64,000 nucleotides of DNA from Vulcanimicrobiota bacterium (GCA_050250895.1 JBFWNU010000001.1:1384008-1448007); one strand, 5' to 3'. Shown: positions 41,372 through 52,335, counted from the first letter of the stretch. Translations and numbers: made by a program. The notes: generated by a model from the sequence alone, not told the origin.

Positions 41372-43299
41372 TCGCCTCGATTGTCCGCCCGCGAGAGGGA
41401 ATCCTGCGCCGGCAGTCGTACGGTGAAGCGGGCGCCCTGCGGCAGCGATTCGGCCGAGAGATGGCCGCCGTGGCGCTCGACGATCTTGTGGCTGATGGAC
41501 AAGCCCAGCCCCGTGCCCTGCCCCACCGGACGAGTCGTGAAGAACGGCTCGAACATTCGCTCACCCACTTCCTGGCTAAAGCCGGGACCACGATCTTCCA
41601 CGATGACCGCCACCTCGCTGCCCCGCCGCTCGGTAGAAACCCACAGCTCGGGGGCCCGGGCGCCATCCGATAGAACGGCATCGCGGGCGTTGAGGATCAG
41701 GTTGGTCACGACCTGTTGCAACTCACCCGCGTTGGCCAGCACCGGTGGCACCGGCTGCAGCCGCCGTTCGATGGTGACGCCGTCAAGATGCAGTTGAGCC
41801 TGGGTCAAGACCAGAGCGTTGGTCACCACGGCCGTCACATCGACAGGCTCGCGAGCATCCGGGGCCGGACGCGAATAGTCGAGCAACTGAGCGATGATGA
41901 CTTTGGCACTTTGCGAGGCCCCCTCGGCGAGTTCGAGTTTATCGTCGACCTTGTCGGTCTTGCCCTTGCGCAGGTTGCGACGGGCCAATTGCAGATTGAG
42001 CAGCACAGCCCCCAGCGGAGAGTTGATTTCGTGGGCGACTCCGGCAGCCAGTTGGCCGACAGCGGCCAGCTTGCTGGTGCGAATCAGCTCCTCCTGGGAA
42101 GCCTGCAGTTCGCTATGAGCCTTGACCAGGCTCTGGTGAGCCAGTTGCAGCTCGTCGAGGCGGCGGGCAGCCAAAAGTGCCGGAATGGTCTGATCGGCGG
42201 CCAGGGCCAGCAAATGCAACTCCCGCCGGCTGTAGCGTACCGGCTCGGTCTGGCCGACGTAGAGCACTCCGAAATTGGCCAGCGGCAGGGCCACCGCCGA
42301 CTGTTCGCCGAGCAACAGTCTTTGACCGTGGATATGGTGGGGCTGGCTGAGCAAGAGCTTGCGGGTCTTCCAGGCTTCCTCCACGATCGGCTCGCTGACC
42401 GCCGGCCTGGCCAACCGGTCGTTCTGGGGCGAGGACCAGCGCACCGGTCGCAACTGGTCGTCGACCAGAAAGAAGACCACGCTGGTGCAGGGCAAGAGCC
42501 GGGCGATCGAGTCGATGGCCAGGTCCAGGGTGCCGGTCAGATCGGGCGCCTGGGCGAAGTCTCGACTCAGCTGCTCGAGCAGGGTCCGCTCTTCGACCTT
42601 GGTGTGCAGTTCTTCGCGAACCCGTTCGAGCCGGCTGTTGAGCTGTTTGACCTCGGCCTCGGTGCGGTGGCTGCGTTCCACCCCGGCCAGGTCCTGGTGG
42701 GCCTGATACCGGCCTTCGGTCAGCCATCCGACCTGGCTGACGGCCCATAGCATGGGCATCCAGAACAGGCCCAGCCAGGGTGAATCAGACGAGAGCAGCC
42801 AGGCAAAGGCGGGACTGGCCAACCCGGCCACGAGACGGGTGGCCGCCAGGCTGCGAGTAACTTCGCTTTCCTTGCGACCGAGCCAACGGGGTGCGAGGCG
42901 GACCAGAGGGACGTAGACCAGAAGGGCAGCCAGCATCGCCATCCTGGGCTCGGTCAGCAGGGCCAGCATGGCCAGGGCGGCCGTGCAAGGCCAGGCTTCT
43001 TCCAGGGCTTCGGTCACCCGCTCCACCGGCGGGCCCGAACTCCAAAGCCCGCGAACCAGCAGGCTCACCGCCAGGATGAGGGTGGCCGCCCGTGGACCAA
43101 GCGTGGCGGTCATGCCGGCAGCCAGGTAGAGAGCCGCGGCGCCGCTTGCATGACCAGTCTGGACGCGCTCGGCCAGCCCCTCCAGCGCCAGCGCGGCCAG
43201 GCCCACGGCCACAGCCAATAGCGGAGCGCTGGGAGCACCCCCCAGGGCCAGGCTGAGGCCGGCCAATGACATGACCACCAGCAAAGGTATCCAGGGCAT
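41368..43299 (-). CDS. Membrane sensor histidine kinase with GAF domain (NtrB-like HisKA)
   Basis: N-terminal TMs; GVAHEINSPL, NLILNARDA, DRGPG, FEPFFTT, GTGLGLS. Confidence 0.93.
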   Translation of the reverse strand: MPWIPLLVVMSLAGLSLALGGAPSAPLLAVAVGLAALALEGLAERVQTGHASGAAALYLAAGMTATLGPRAATLILAVSLLVRGLWSSGPPVERVTEALEEAWPCTAALAMLALLTEPRMAMLAALLVYVPLVRLAPRWLGRKESEVTRSLAATRLVAGLASPAFAWLLSSDSPWLGLFWMPMLWAVSQVGWLTEGRYQAHQDLAGVERSHRTEAEVKQLNSRLERVREELHTKVEERTLLEQLSRDFAQAPDLTGTLDLAIDSIARLLPCTSVVFFLVDDQLRPVRWSSPQNDRLARPAVSEPIVEEAWKTRKLLLSQPHHIHGQRLLLGEQSAVALPLANFGVLYVGQTEPVRYSRRELHLLALAADQTIPALLAARRLDELQLAHQSLVKAHSELQASQEELIRTSKLAAVGQLAAGVAHEINSPLGAVLLNLQLARRNLRKGKTDKVDDKLELAEGASQSAKVIIAQLLDYSRPAPDAREPVDVTAVVTNALVLTQAQLHLDGVTIERRLQPVPPVLANAGELQQVVTNLILNARDAVLSDGARAPELWVSTERRGSEVAVIVEDRGPGFSQEVGERMFEPFFTTRPVGQGTGLGLSISHKIVERHGGHLSAESLPQGARFTVRLPAQDSLSRADNRGE

Positions 43300-43372
43300 T
43301 GTATTGGATACGCAACTCGGGGGCTGGTATTCCTCCACAGGTCTGCAGCCGGCCGTGCCGAATTCCAGAGCG

Positions 43373-44650
43373 ATGTTGTTCTCCTACAAATGCACCGACG
43401 GAGACGGCAACTTCTTTGATGGAGTGGTCAACGAGGATTCTCTCGAAGCTGCTCGCGCCATGCTCGAGTCCAAAGGATGGCAAGTCCTGCGTCTGCAACC
43501 TCGCGGCAAGCGTGGTGAGCGGCCCCCCCGGCGCGAGCCTGCGCCGATTCAGGCCGCGGCCCCCAAAGGCCGGTCTCGGCGCAGTCAGGTGGTGGGGGTG
43601 GAAGAGAACTCGCTGCGCCTGAGTCTTGACCAGTGCAGACTGTTCACGGTGCAATTATCGGTCCTTCTGGGCGCGGGGGTGCCCCTGGCCCGGGCCCTCG
43701 AGTCGCTGTGCCGGGCCGAGATGAACGCTCTTCGCGAGGCAGCTGAGGTCCTCTACGAGCGGGTGACCGCGGGGCACATGCTCAGCCAGGCGATGCGGAG
43801 GTTGCCCCGGGCGTTTGACCGCCCCTATGTGGCCATGATCGAGGCCGGAGAAAAGTCGGGTCAATTGCAGTCTTGCCTGACCGCCCTGGCTCACCGCCTC
43901 GAGACCCGCCAGGCCCTGGTCGGCCGCATCCGGCAAGCGCTGGCTTATCCGGCCGCGGTCACCCTGACCAGCCTGTTGATGCTGGGGTTCTTGTTGTACT
44001 ATATGTTTCCTCGCTTTGTGGAGGTCTTCGCCCAGAGCGGATTGGATTTGCCGCTCTTGACCCGGGTGGTGATGGCGCTCTCGTCGAACGTTCTCGTGCC
44101 TCTGGTGACCCTGGTGGTATTGATAGAGACGGTGGTCATCTTGTTGAGCGACTCCACCGGCGGACGCCTCTCGGGGCTGCGCTCGTGGTTGCTCTACCAG
44201 ACGCCGGTGCTAGGAGCCCTCAATCGTAAGGCCAGTTTGGCCCAAACCTGTCAGGATCTGGGAGGGTTGGTCGAGGCCGGGGTTCCGCTTTCGAACGCCC
44301 TGGATTTCGTGGCCCGCCAACCTCGCTCGGATCTGGCGCTCAGCGCGGCCCTGAGCCGGGTCCAGGAAGGGGTGGTGGGCGGCGACTCGCTGGCCTCGTC
44401 TTTTGGGCAGGAGCCTGTTTTTCCGCTGCTTTTGACCTCATCGGTGGCAGTGGCCGAGGAGAGTGGCGAACTGCCGATGTGGCTAGACCGGGTGCGGCGC
44501 AACCTGGCCCTGGAGGTGGATCTGGGAGTGGCCTTCTTGATGGAGCTGGTCGAGCCGTTGACGCTGGGGCTACTCGGCATCGGCGTGGCCATTATCGTGC
44601 TGGCCGCATTTTTGCCCATCTATCAGATGGTCACTGTCAACCTCGGCTAG
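43373..44650 (+). CDS. Type II secretion F / type IV pilus platform protein (PilC-like)
   Basis: QLSVLLGAGVPL, AGEKSGQL, ALAYP, AEESGEL, LVEP, FLPIY duplicated T2SSF domains. Confidence 0.92.
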   Translation: MLFSYKCTDGDGNFFDGVVNEDSLEAARAMLESKGWQVLRLQPRGKRGERPPRREPAPIQAAAPKGRSRRSQVVGVEENSLRLSLDQCRLFTVQLSVLLGAGVPLARALESLCRAEMNALREAAEVLYERVTAGHMLSQAMRRLPRAFDRPYVAMIEAGEKSGQLQSCLTALAHRLETRQALVGRIRQALAYPAAVTLTSLLMLGFLLYYMFPRFVEVFAQSGLDLPLLTRVVMALSSNVLVPLVTLVVLIETVVILLSDSTGGRLSGLRSWLLYQTPVLGALNRKASLAQTCQDLGGLVEAGVPLSNALDFVARQPRSDLALSAALSRVQEGVVGGDSLASSFGQEPVFPLLLTSSVAVAEESGELPMWLDRVRRNLALEVDLGVAFLMELVEPLTLGLLGIGVAIIVLAAFLPIYQMVTVNLG

Positions 44651-44668
44651 ATTTGCTATAATCTCTTT

Positions 44669-46255
44669 ATGCGAAGGGCCCGGATACGAGGAGCAGCCAT
44701 TCTCGTGGCTTTGTTCTTTGTTTTGGTGGCCTTCTTCCTGGTCACGGCCATCACCGCCAATACTCAGCGCGAACTGACCCTTACGCGACGCGCGGCCGTC
44801 GAGACCCAACGTGTCTACCTGGCTCTGGGAGCGGTCAACGAGGCCATCGCACTTTTAGCCGAGGGTCAGGCCTGGGAGACCTATCCGGCCGACTCGCCGC
44901 TGCGGCTTGACCGCGACGGTGTTCAGATCGAAGCGTTTTACGTCGAGGATGAGATCAATCCTGGTCTACTCCACGTCACGGCCCGGGTCTTTCCGGCCGG
45001 CCAGCCCAATCAAGCGGTGTGGCGGACGCGGGTGGTGCGCAAGGCCTCCGAACCTCAGGGCGCGGTTTACTCTATGCATTGGGGCTCGGGCGCTCAAGAG
45101 ATCCCGTCGGTCATGACCCGCACCAGTCAGGGGGGCGACTGGAAGCTGCTGCCAAATCCCGGCAGCAAGCGGATGCTCGGCATCGCGGCCGGCAACAATA
45201 CGGTCTACGCGGCCGCCTTCCAGTTGCCGCCTCTGTTCGATGCCATCGGCCTGCAGATGTTTCGTGATAGCATCGTGGGCCAGGTCGACGGCATCGCCAC
45301 CTGGGATAGGGTTTTCACCGGACTCATCATGGAAGATGCCGAAGCTCAGGCCCTTTTCAACTTTCCCCTAGACTGGAGTATCTCGCGCTATGACGTGACC
45401 AGCAACAGTTGGCGCGAAGTGCTCTCGTTGGGCTCGGGCGAGATCGGCGGGCGGCCGTGCCCCACTGACGACGGGGTCTATATGCCCACGGTCGGTCGCA
45501 GCGGCGGGGGCAAGATTTATCACTATTCCGAGAACTCCGGTACCACCACCCAGATCCCGGCGCCACCCGCTCAGGTGTATACCAGCGATGGCAGTCTGGG
45601 CAGCGGCGGAAAGGGCGGCATCACCGCCCTGGGCGAGCGGGACGGGACGCTTTTCGCGTCGGCGACCTATGAGAACGGCTCGGCTGTCTACCAGCAGAAC
45701 GAGCAGGGCGGTTGGGATCGGCTCCCACCCGTACCGCGCATGGCTTATCTGGACGGGCAGGTGGTCACCAAGCCAGGAGTCGCCCATTACGCCGACCTGG
45801 TGGGGGTGACCACCGAGGGAGAACCGGTGGTCGTCTATAAAGGCGGCCTCGAGCAGTATGTCGCCACCAACCGGGCCCTCTATTCCGACCCTGACGGAAT
45901 GATGGTCTTGCGTAACGGGCAGTGGGAGTTGCTGACGCCGCCTCCGGCCGGCACCTATGACTCGGCCGGCAACTACACGCCGGGGCAGGGCCATTTCAAC
46001 CAGTACCACTCGGTCTCGGTGGACGTCGAAGGACGCATCGTCGCCAGTCTCGACGGGCCGGTCCTCGATGTCCTGCAGGTTTATGACAAAGGCGAGTGGT
46101 CGGTGATGCCACCGGCTCCTCGCGAGTACAACCAGCGGGTGGGCGGCTCGCGCACGGTCGAGGGGCAGTTCCAGCCGGATACGCTCGAGTTGAGCGCCGG
46201 CGGGGTGTTCGACCCTTCCAACCTCAATCGCTATTCCCCCGTCAGCACCTATTGA
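44669..46255 (+). CDS. PilX-like minor pilin fused to a repeat beta-rich (propeller-like) domain
   Basis: RRARIRG|AAILVALFF prepilin-like N-terminus lacking E5, YLALGAVNEA PilX helix, W..LP.PP...Y repeats. Confidence 0.7.
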   Translation: MRRARIRGAAILVALFFVLVAFFLVTAITANTQRELTLTRRAAVETQRVYLALGAVNEAIALLAEGQAWETYPADSPLRLDRDGVQIEAFYVEDEINPGLLHVTARVFPAGQPNQAVWRTRVVRKASEPQGAVYSMHWGSGAQEIPSVMTRTSQGGDWKLLPNPGSKRMLGIAAGNNTVYAAAFQLPPLFDAIGLQMFRDSIVGQVDGIATWDRVFTGLIMEDAEAQALFNFPLDWSISRYDVTSNSWREVLSLGSGEIGGRPCPTDDGVYMPTVGRSGGGKIYHYSENSGTTTQIPAPPAQVYTSDGSLGSGGKGGITALGERDGTLFASATYENGSAVYQQNEQGGWDRLPPVPRMAYLDGQVVTKPGVAHYADLVGVTTEGEPVVVYKGGLEQYVATNRALYSDPDGMMVLRNGQWELLTPPPAGTYDSAGNYTPGQGHFNQYHSVSVDVEGRIVASLDGPVLDVLQVYDKGEWSVMPPAPREYNQRVGGSRTVEGQFQPDTLELSAGGVFDPSNLNRYSPVSTY

Positions 46256-46764
46256 TTGGGCAGGTGGAAGCGCCTCACCACCCGGTAGCGCCCGCGCTCC
46301 TGGCGTTCCCCGGCAAAATCGGTGTCGAGACTGACCTCGAGCAGACCGGGGGCCACGATTTCGAAAGCGATCCCCCCGTCGCCGACCGCCGCCAGCGGTC
46401 GCTCGGCCCCTCCTGAGTCGATACTGAGCAGATGACCATTGGTGACCCTGACCGTCACACTCTGGCTAAACACCGGCTGGCCGGCGGTGGTCACGACCAA
46501 TTGTTCGCCATTGATGTCGGGCAGATCGATCTCGAGTTCGGTGACCAACCCGTCGCTCTCGGCCAGGTTGACGTGAGCCCCGCGCAGTAGGCGAGCCAGA
46601 TGCTCGATCCCCAGCATGGCGTTGCGTTGAGCCAACTCGTTGACATCCGAATGGCGGCGGGCGTCGACACTGACCATGTAGGCCTGAACCGTAAACACGG
46701 CCAGTAGCGCCATCACGCCAGCGGCCACCAGGACCTCGACCAGCGAGAGGCCTTGACGCCTCAT
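46249..46764 (-). CDS. Prepilin-type minor pilin (PilW-like)
   Basis: MRRQG|LSLVEVLVAAGV class III signal with E5. Confidence 0.85.
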   Translation of the reverse strand: MRRQGLSLVEVLVAAGVMALLAVFTVQAYMVSVDARRHSDVNELAQRNAMLGIEHLARLLRGAHVNLAESDGLVTELEIDLPDINGEQLVVTTAGQPVFSQSVTVRVTNGHLLSIDSGGAERPLAAVGDGGIAFEIVAPGLLEVSLDTDFAGERQERGRYRVVRRFHLPNQ

Positions 46765-47138
46765 TTCTTGACCACCTTGGTGCTGACCGTGTAGTGGTGT
46801 TCGCCGTCACGGTCGGTCCAGTAGACGATCACCTCTAGTTGCTTGAGCAGCGCGCTGGCCGGGTCTGGCTCAGCAGTGCGCTCGTACTCAAAGCCCGTCA
46901 CCGAAGCTGCCTGGCGTGCCTGATCGACATCGGCAGCGAAATCGGTTTCGAGGGTGTTGATGGCCTCATCGATCAGGCTGCTGGCCAGCACGCTGGCGGT
47001 ATGGCGTTCGCTGGCGCCTTGCTGGCTCCGCAAGGCGTAAATCTGTAAGGCGATCAGGGCGAACAGGGCAATGCTGACCACCAACAAGGCTGCCATGACT
47101 TCAGCCAGCGCGAAGGCTGCTTTCCCCCGATACGACAC
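46761..47138 (-). CDS. Prepilin-type minor pilin (PilV-like)
   Basis: RGKAA|FALAEVMAALLVV with E5; C-terminal LEVIVYW; TGnTATAAT 6 nt before GTG 47138. Confidence 0.82.
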   Translation of the reverse strand: MSYRGKAAFALAEVMAALLVVSIALFALIALQIYALRSQQGASERHTASVLASSLIDEAINTLETDFAADVDQARQAASVTGFEYERTAEPDPASALLKQLEVIVYWTDRDGEHHYTVSTKVVKK

Positions 47139-47164
47139 CTTCCGATTATAACATGGCCAGGGCC

Positions 47165-48028
47165 TCATGGCTCGACGGCGTTGACCAGCGCCTCGAGAAC
47201 GCTTTGGTGGGCTGGCTCGAGGGGGCGAAGCGGGGAGCGGGGCGGGCCTCCGACCAGGCCTCGCAGACTCATGGCGTATTTGAGACCGGCCAGGCCGTAG
47301 CCGGCCGAGGCGCCGATGGCGCGGTTGAGCGGGATCAGCCGAGCGGCCAGTTGGCGGGCTGGCTCGAATTGTCCTAGCTTGAACAGGTCGAACACACGCA
47401 CACAGGCCTCGGGCAACACGTTGGCCAGGGCCAGAATTCCGCCGCTGGCTCCTACCATCAAGCCCGGCAGTAGCACCCCGGCGGCACCCAGCAGATAGTC
47501 GAACCCTTCGGGCCGGCTGGCCATGATCTCTTGCAGGCAGGCCAGATCGCCGGCGCTGTCCTTGATCCCCACGATGCGCGGATGCGAGGCCACCTCGAGG
47601 AGCAACTCTGACGGGAGCTTGATGCCGGTGTATTGCGGGATCTGATAGACTACCAGCGGCAGGGGCGAATGCTGGGCAAGTTCTAGATAATAGCCAAGCT
47701 GATCGGCCTGCGAGCCGAAATAGGCGGGGGTTCGCACCAGACCGTAGTCTGCTCCCAGTCTGGCAGCCTCTTCCAGCCCTTTGAGCGTGCCCGCGGTCGA
47801 TTCGTGGGCGACCCCGGCCAGCAGCCGGCGGCGGGTCGCCTGGCGAGCCAGCTCCAGCAGGCGCCGCCCTTCGGCCGGCGTCAACAGCGGACTCTCGGCC
47901 GAGCTGCCCAGGATCAGATAGCCGACCAATCCCGTCTGCTCGTAGTAGGCCAGATTGGCCACAAAGGCTTGCTCGTCGAGCTGCTGGTCGCGAAAAGGGG
48001 TGGTCAAAGGGGCGTAGATGCCTTGCAT
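47165..48028 (-). CDS. Dihydrodipicolinate synthase family aldolase (HOGA-like)
   Basis: TTPF, GSSAES, YQIP..TG, Schiff-base GIKDS, GGILALANV. Confidence 0.88.
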   Translation of the reverse strand: MQGIYAPLTTPFRDQQLDEQAFVANLAYYEQTGLVGYLILGSSAESPLLTPAEGRRLLELARQATRRRLLAGVAHESTAGTLKGLEEAARLGADYGLVRTPAYFGSQADQLGYYLELAQHSPLPLVVYQIPQYTGIKLPSELLLEVASHPRIVGIKDSAGDLACLQEIMASRPEGFDYLLGAAGVLLPGLMVGASGGILALANVLPEACVRVFDLFKLGQFEPARQLAARLIPLNRAIGASAGYGLAGLKYAMSLRGLVGGPPRSPLRPLEPAHQSVLEALVNAVEP

Positions 48029-48086
48029 GAGGCCGTTTTTGACAAATCTAGAGGGTCGCCTGTCCAGACGAAAGAACATGGCCCCC

Positions 48087-49022
48087 TTGAGCGGACTGTG
48101 GTCAGAGTTCACCAGTTGGATCAGCCAGGAGCACCTGACGCGGGCTGGCGAGACGGGCATTGTTTTCCTGACTTATCTAGGCCTGCGCGTCTTTTTGGGC
48201 CGTTCGGCCCAGACGCTGGTCAAGCAGGTCGATCGCCGTTTTCGTTTTCTCAAGAACGCCAACTTCGCCCTCAACGTCGTCCTGGTGCTATGTCTTTATC
48301 AGCTCTGGCTCAGCCGCGGCCTGGGGGTAGCTTCCTTCGTGGGTCTGCTCTCGGCCGGGTTGGCTTTTGTCTTTCGCGAGCCCTTGCTGAATCTGGCCGG
48401 CTGGGTTTTCATCGTGACCCGACATCCCTTTTCGCTCGGGGATCGCATCCAGGTGGGCAACCTCCATGCCGGCGACGTTATCGACATCGGGGTTTACGAT
48501 TTCACCCTGATGGAGATCGGCAACTGGGTCGACGCCGATCAGAGCACGGGTCGCATCATTCACGTTCCCAATGGTCTGGTCTTCAATCAGGCCATAGCCA
48601 ATTATAATCAGGGGTTTCCCTTTCTCTGGCATGAGCTCAAGGTGGTGCTGACCTACGAGAGCGACTGGCGCAAAGCCAGCACTTTGCTGCAAGAGGTGGC
48701 CGACAAAAATTCCGAGGTGGACCGCGAGGAACGCGATGCCACCATCGCCGAGTTGCAGCGACAAGAGAACTACCTGATCTACTTCAAGCATCTCACGCCG
48801 ATCGTGTATGTGTCCAAGGCCGACTCGGGAGTGCTATTGACTCTCCGTTACCTGTGCCAGCCGAGGCGCCGCCGGGCCACCGAGAACCGGCTCTGGCAGG
48901 ACATTCTCGACTCTTTCGGCCAGCACGAAGACATCACGTTTGCCTATCAGACCCAGAGGGTCAGGCATGATCCTTTCATGGAGTCAACCACCCAAATGGG
49001 TGAGAGGGAGTTTCGAGCCTGA
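48087..49022 (+). CDS. Small-conductance mechanosensitive channel (MscS family)
   Basis: GLLSAGLAF, PFSLGDRIQVG..GDVIDIG, VPNG, NY; start either ATG 48078 or TTG 48087. Confidence 0.9.
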   Translation: MSGLWSEFTSWISQEHLTRAGETGIVFLTYLGLRVFLGRSAQTLVKQVDRRFRFLKNANFALNVVLVLCLYQLWLSRGLGVASFVGLLSAGLAFVFREPLLNLAGWVFIVTRHPFSLGDRIQVGNLHAGDVIDIGVYDFTLMEIGNWVDADQSTGRIIHVPNGLVFNQAIANYNQGFPFLWHELKVVLTYESDWRKASTLLQEVADKNSEVDREERDATIAELQRQENYLIYFKHLTPIVYVSKADSGVLLTLRYLCQPRRRRATENRLWQDILDSFGQHEDITFAYQTQRVRHDPFMESTTQMGEREFRA

Positions 49023-49043
49023 TTCGAACTTTGGGTGTTCGAG

Positions 49044-50501
49044 ATGTCGGCAAGCGATTGGAAGATGTCCCCTCTGTTTGAGGACTATACAGTGGGCGCG
49101 GCCTACGATGAGATGGTGGACCCCCAGCGCGGGCTGCGGGGAGCCTATCAAGAGCTGTACGCCCATCTGGCCGCCCTGCCTTTCGAAGAGATCAACAATC
49201 GCCAGAAGACCGCCGACCTGCACTTTCTCAATCAAGGCATCACCTTCACTGTCTATGGTCGGGACGACGAAGGCGAGCGGATCTTCCCCTACGATCTGAT
49301 TCCCAGAGTGATCACCGCCCGTGACTGGGATAAGCTGGCTCGCGGGCTCGAACAACGGATTACCGCTCTCAATCTTTTCCTCAAAGACATCTACGGCAAC
49401 GCCCAGATCTTGTCCGACAAGGTCGTCCCCCGCGAGTTGATCTATAGTTGCAAGCACTACCGGCGCGAGATGCGAGGCATTCGCGTGCCCCGCGACATCT
49501 ACGTCTCGATCGTGGGCACCGACCTGGTCTGCGTCGACGGCAGCTTTGCGGTGCTCGAAGACAACCTGCGGGTGCCCAGCGGGGTTTCCTACATGCTGGC
49601 CAACCGCCAGGTCATGAAGCGCATTTTCCCGCTGCTCTTCCGCAATTACGGAGTGCGTTCCATCGACAATTACGGGCGGGCTTTGCTGACCACCCTGCGC
49701 GACCTGGCCCCGGCCGGTCGCCCTGACCCGACAGTGGTCTTGCTCACTCCCGGCGTCTACAACTCGGCCTACTTCGAGCACGCCTTTCTGGCCCGCCTGA
49801 TGGGTATTCCCCTGGTGGAAGGTCGCGACCTCATGGTTCACAACAACGTGGTTTATCAGCGTTCGACCGCCGGCCTCAAGCGGGTCGACGTGATCTATCG
49901 TCGCATCGATGACGATTTCATCGACCCCCTGGCCTTTCGCAAAGACTCGGTCCTGGGCGTTCCCGGTCTTTTCAACGCTTATCGTCACGGCAATATCTCG
50001 CTGGCCAACGCCATCGGCACCGGGGTGGCCGACGACAAGGCCCTCTACGCGTACGTGCCCGAGATCATCCGCTACTATCTCGATAGCGATCCCATTATCG
50101 ACAACGTCGAAACGTATTTGCTCACCGACTCGGCCCAGCGCGACCATGTGCTGGGACGGCTCGACCAGTTAGTGGTCAAAGCCGTGGGCGAATCGGGGGG
50201 CTACGGAATGCTGATCGGCCCTCACAGCACCCAGGCCGAGCGCGACAAGTTTCGCCAGTTGATTCTCGACAACCCGCGCAACTACATCGCTCAGCCCACC
50301 CTGCAGCTGTCGTGCGCGCCCTGCTTTTGCGACGGCAAAGTCGAGCCCCGCCACGTCGATCTGCGGCCCTACATCCTTAACGGGCAGTCTTTCAACATCG
50401 TGCCCGGCGGCCTGACCCGGGTGGCTCTGACCAAGGGCTCGCTGGTGGTCAACTCGTCGCAGGGCGGCGGCAGCAAGGATACCTGGGTGCTCGACGACTG
50501 A
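49044..50501 (+). CDS. Circularly permuted type 2 ATP-grasp protein (intact motifs)
   Basis: [63 protein letters not shown]. Confidence 0.95.
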   Translation: MSASDWKMSPLFEDYTVGAAYDEMVDPQRGLRGAYQELYAHLAALPFEEINNRQKTADLHFLNQGITFTVYGRDDEGERIFPYDLIPRVITARDWDKLARGLEQRITALNLFLKDIYGNAQILSDKVVPRELIYSCKHYRREMRGIRVPRDIYVSIVGTDLVCVDGSFAVLEDNLRVPSGVSYMLANRQVMKRIFPLLFRNYGVRSIDNYGRALLTTLRDLAPAGRPDPTVVLLTPGVYNSAYFEHAFLARLMGIPLVEGRDLMVHNNVVYQRSTAGLKRVDVIYRRIDDDFIDPLAFRKDSVLGVPGLFNAYRHGNISLANAIGTGVADDKALYAYVPEIIRYYLDSDPIIDNVETYLLTDSAQRDHVLGRLDQLVVKAVGESGGYGMLIGPHSTQAERDKFRQLILDNPRNYIAQPTLQLSCAPCFCDGKVEPRHVDLRPYILNGQSFNIVPGGLTRVALTKGSLVVNSSQGGGSKDTWVLDD

Positions 50502-51463
50502 TGCTTTCTCGGGTGGCTGATAACCTTTTCTGGATGGGCCGCTACCTGGCCCGGGCCGAGCACACCGCGCGCGTGCTCGACGTGCAGCTCGACATGGCCC
50601 TCGACCGGGCCCCCGAAGAGGCGCGCAAGCGCTGGTCGCGAGTCCTTGACACGCTCTCGCTCGAGTTGGATCCCGATGATCTCTTGGACAACTACCGGAT
50701 CGTCCAGAAAGTCACCTTTGACGCCCAGCAGTTATCCTCGTTGCGAGGTTCGGTGCGGGCCGCTCGCGAGAACGCCCGCCAGATCCGAGAGCTGATCAGC
50801 TCCGAGATGTGGGAGATGCTCAACCGGCTCTATCTCGGGGTGGAAGAGACCCGCAAGAATCGGCGCTGGATCGAAGAACCGCACGCCTTTTTTCGTGAGG
50901 TCAAACAGCAGATTCACCTGTTTTGCGGGGTTACCGACTCGACCATGACCCGGGGCCAGGGTTGGCAGTTCATTACCGCCGGCCGCAGCATCGAGCGTGC
51001 TCAAGCCGTGAGTTCGCTATTGCGGGTGACGCTGGCGCCCAGTCTCGACAGTCACGAGCCCATGGTCGACGAATACCTCGAACTGGTGGCCACTCTTCGT
51101 TCCTGCACCGCCTTCGAGGCCTTTTGCAAGGTTCATAGCGCCGATTTGCGGCCCGACCCCATCGCCGAGTTCTTGCTCAAGAACGGGGGCTTTCCACACT
51201 CGGTGCGCTTCTCGGTCGAGACCCTTTGCCAGGCGCTGGCGGCGATCGCCGCCGAGACCGGGGTCAGCGCCAGCGATTTCGAGCACCTGGCCCGACGCAC
51301 CAGGGCTTCGCTCGAGTTTCGACCGCTCAGCGAGATTCTCGAACGGGGATTGGGCAGTTTCTTGAGCTGGATCGAGTCGAACCTCCATGAGGTCCACGCC
51401 GGGATCTATAACGTCTATATCTCCAACCCGCTGCGACTGGCTCAGGAGTGGGAGATCGGCTGA
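50501..51463 (+). CDS. Alpha-E domain protein (DUF403)
   Basis: [49 protein letters not shown]. Confidence 0.93.
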   Translation: MLSRVADNLFWMGRYLARAEHTARVLDVQLDMALDRAPEEARKRWSRVLDTLSLELDPDDLLDNYRIVQKVTFDAQQLSSLRGSVRAARENARQIRELISSEMWEMLNRLYLGVEETRKNRRWIEEPHAFFREVKQQIHLFCGVTDSTMTRGQGWQFITAGRSIERAQAVSSLLRVTLAPSLDSHEPMVDEYLELVATLRSCTAFEAFCKVHSADLRPDPIAEFLLKNGGFPHSVRFSVETLCQALAAIAAETGVSASDFEHLARRTRASLEFRPLSEILERGLGSFLSWIESNLHEVHAGIYNVYISNPLRLAQEWEIG

Positions 51464-52335
51464 TGTTCTATTCGGTTCGCGATATCACCATTCTCGAATA
51501 CGACGAGCCCGTCCGCGAGCACGTGGTCGAAGTGCGCAAAAAGCCGCGGGACGACGAGCGCCAGCGCTGCCTGCACTACGACCTCGAGCTGAGCCACGAT
51601 GCCCGGCTTTATCACTATACCGACTATCTGGGCAACGTGGTGGATCACTTCGATGTGCCCCAGGCCCTCAAAGAGTTAACCATCGAGGCTCACTCCATGG
51701 TCGAGTTGCTGCAGTTGCCCTATGTGTTGCTCGAGTCCGAGTGGGACGAGGTCGATTCGATGCTGGAAGCCTTTGGAGGCCACGAGATGCTGCTGACCAG
51801 TCCGGCTATCCCCGACACGCCTGAGTTGCGCGAGTTCGAGGCCAGCCTGAGGCTGGGCTCGTCCGAGGGACCTCTGGAATACGTCTTGCGCCTTTCCAAG
51901 GCTATTTACGAACGCTTCGAAGTGGGCGACAACGGCGATTTGAGCGCCGCCCTCAAGAACGGGCGCACCTGCTCGAGGACTTTCGCCCATACCTTGATCG
52001 GTCTATCTCGTCGGGCCGGGCTACCGGGTCGAGTGTGCCGAGGCTATCTTTTCCCCGACCCCGAACTCTTTCGGGTGCCCGCGGCCTCTCCTCATTTTTG
52101 GCCCGAGGTGTGCCTGCCGCGCCTGGGTTGGGTGGGCTTTGATCCGGCCAACGGGGTGATGGCCGAAGAGAAGCACATCTGCGTCTCGCTGGGCCGCGAC
52201 GCCGAAGATGTCGAGCATTTTCGCTGTGTGCACCAGGGGCAGGCTAAGTGCGTGACCCGCTGGGCCATCGACGTGCATCGGGCCGAAGAGCGGGGCCCGA
52301 CCTCAATCGAGGGCTTGCTTCAAACCGCGGAGTAG
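51463..52335 (+). CDS. Transglutaminase-like protein with bacterial N-terminal domain (atypical catalytic motif)
   Basis: DYLGNVV N-domain, TCSRTFAH, RGYL, HFWPEV, GWVGFDPAN, GRD. Confidence 0.88.
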   Translation: MFYSVRDITILEYDEPVREHVVEVRKKPRDDERQRCLHYDLELSHDARLYHYTDYLGNVVDHFDVPQALKELTIEAHSMVELLQLPYVLLESEWDEVDSMLEAFGGHEMLLTSPAIPDTPELREFEASLRLGSSEGPLEYVLRLSKAIYERFEVGDNGDLSAALKNGRTCSRTFAHTLIGLSRRAGLPGRVCRGYLFPDPELFRVPAASPHFWPEVCLPRLGWVGFDPANGVMAEEKHICVSLGRDAEDVEHFRCVHQGQAKCVTRWAIDVHRAEERGPTSIEGLLQTAE

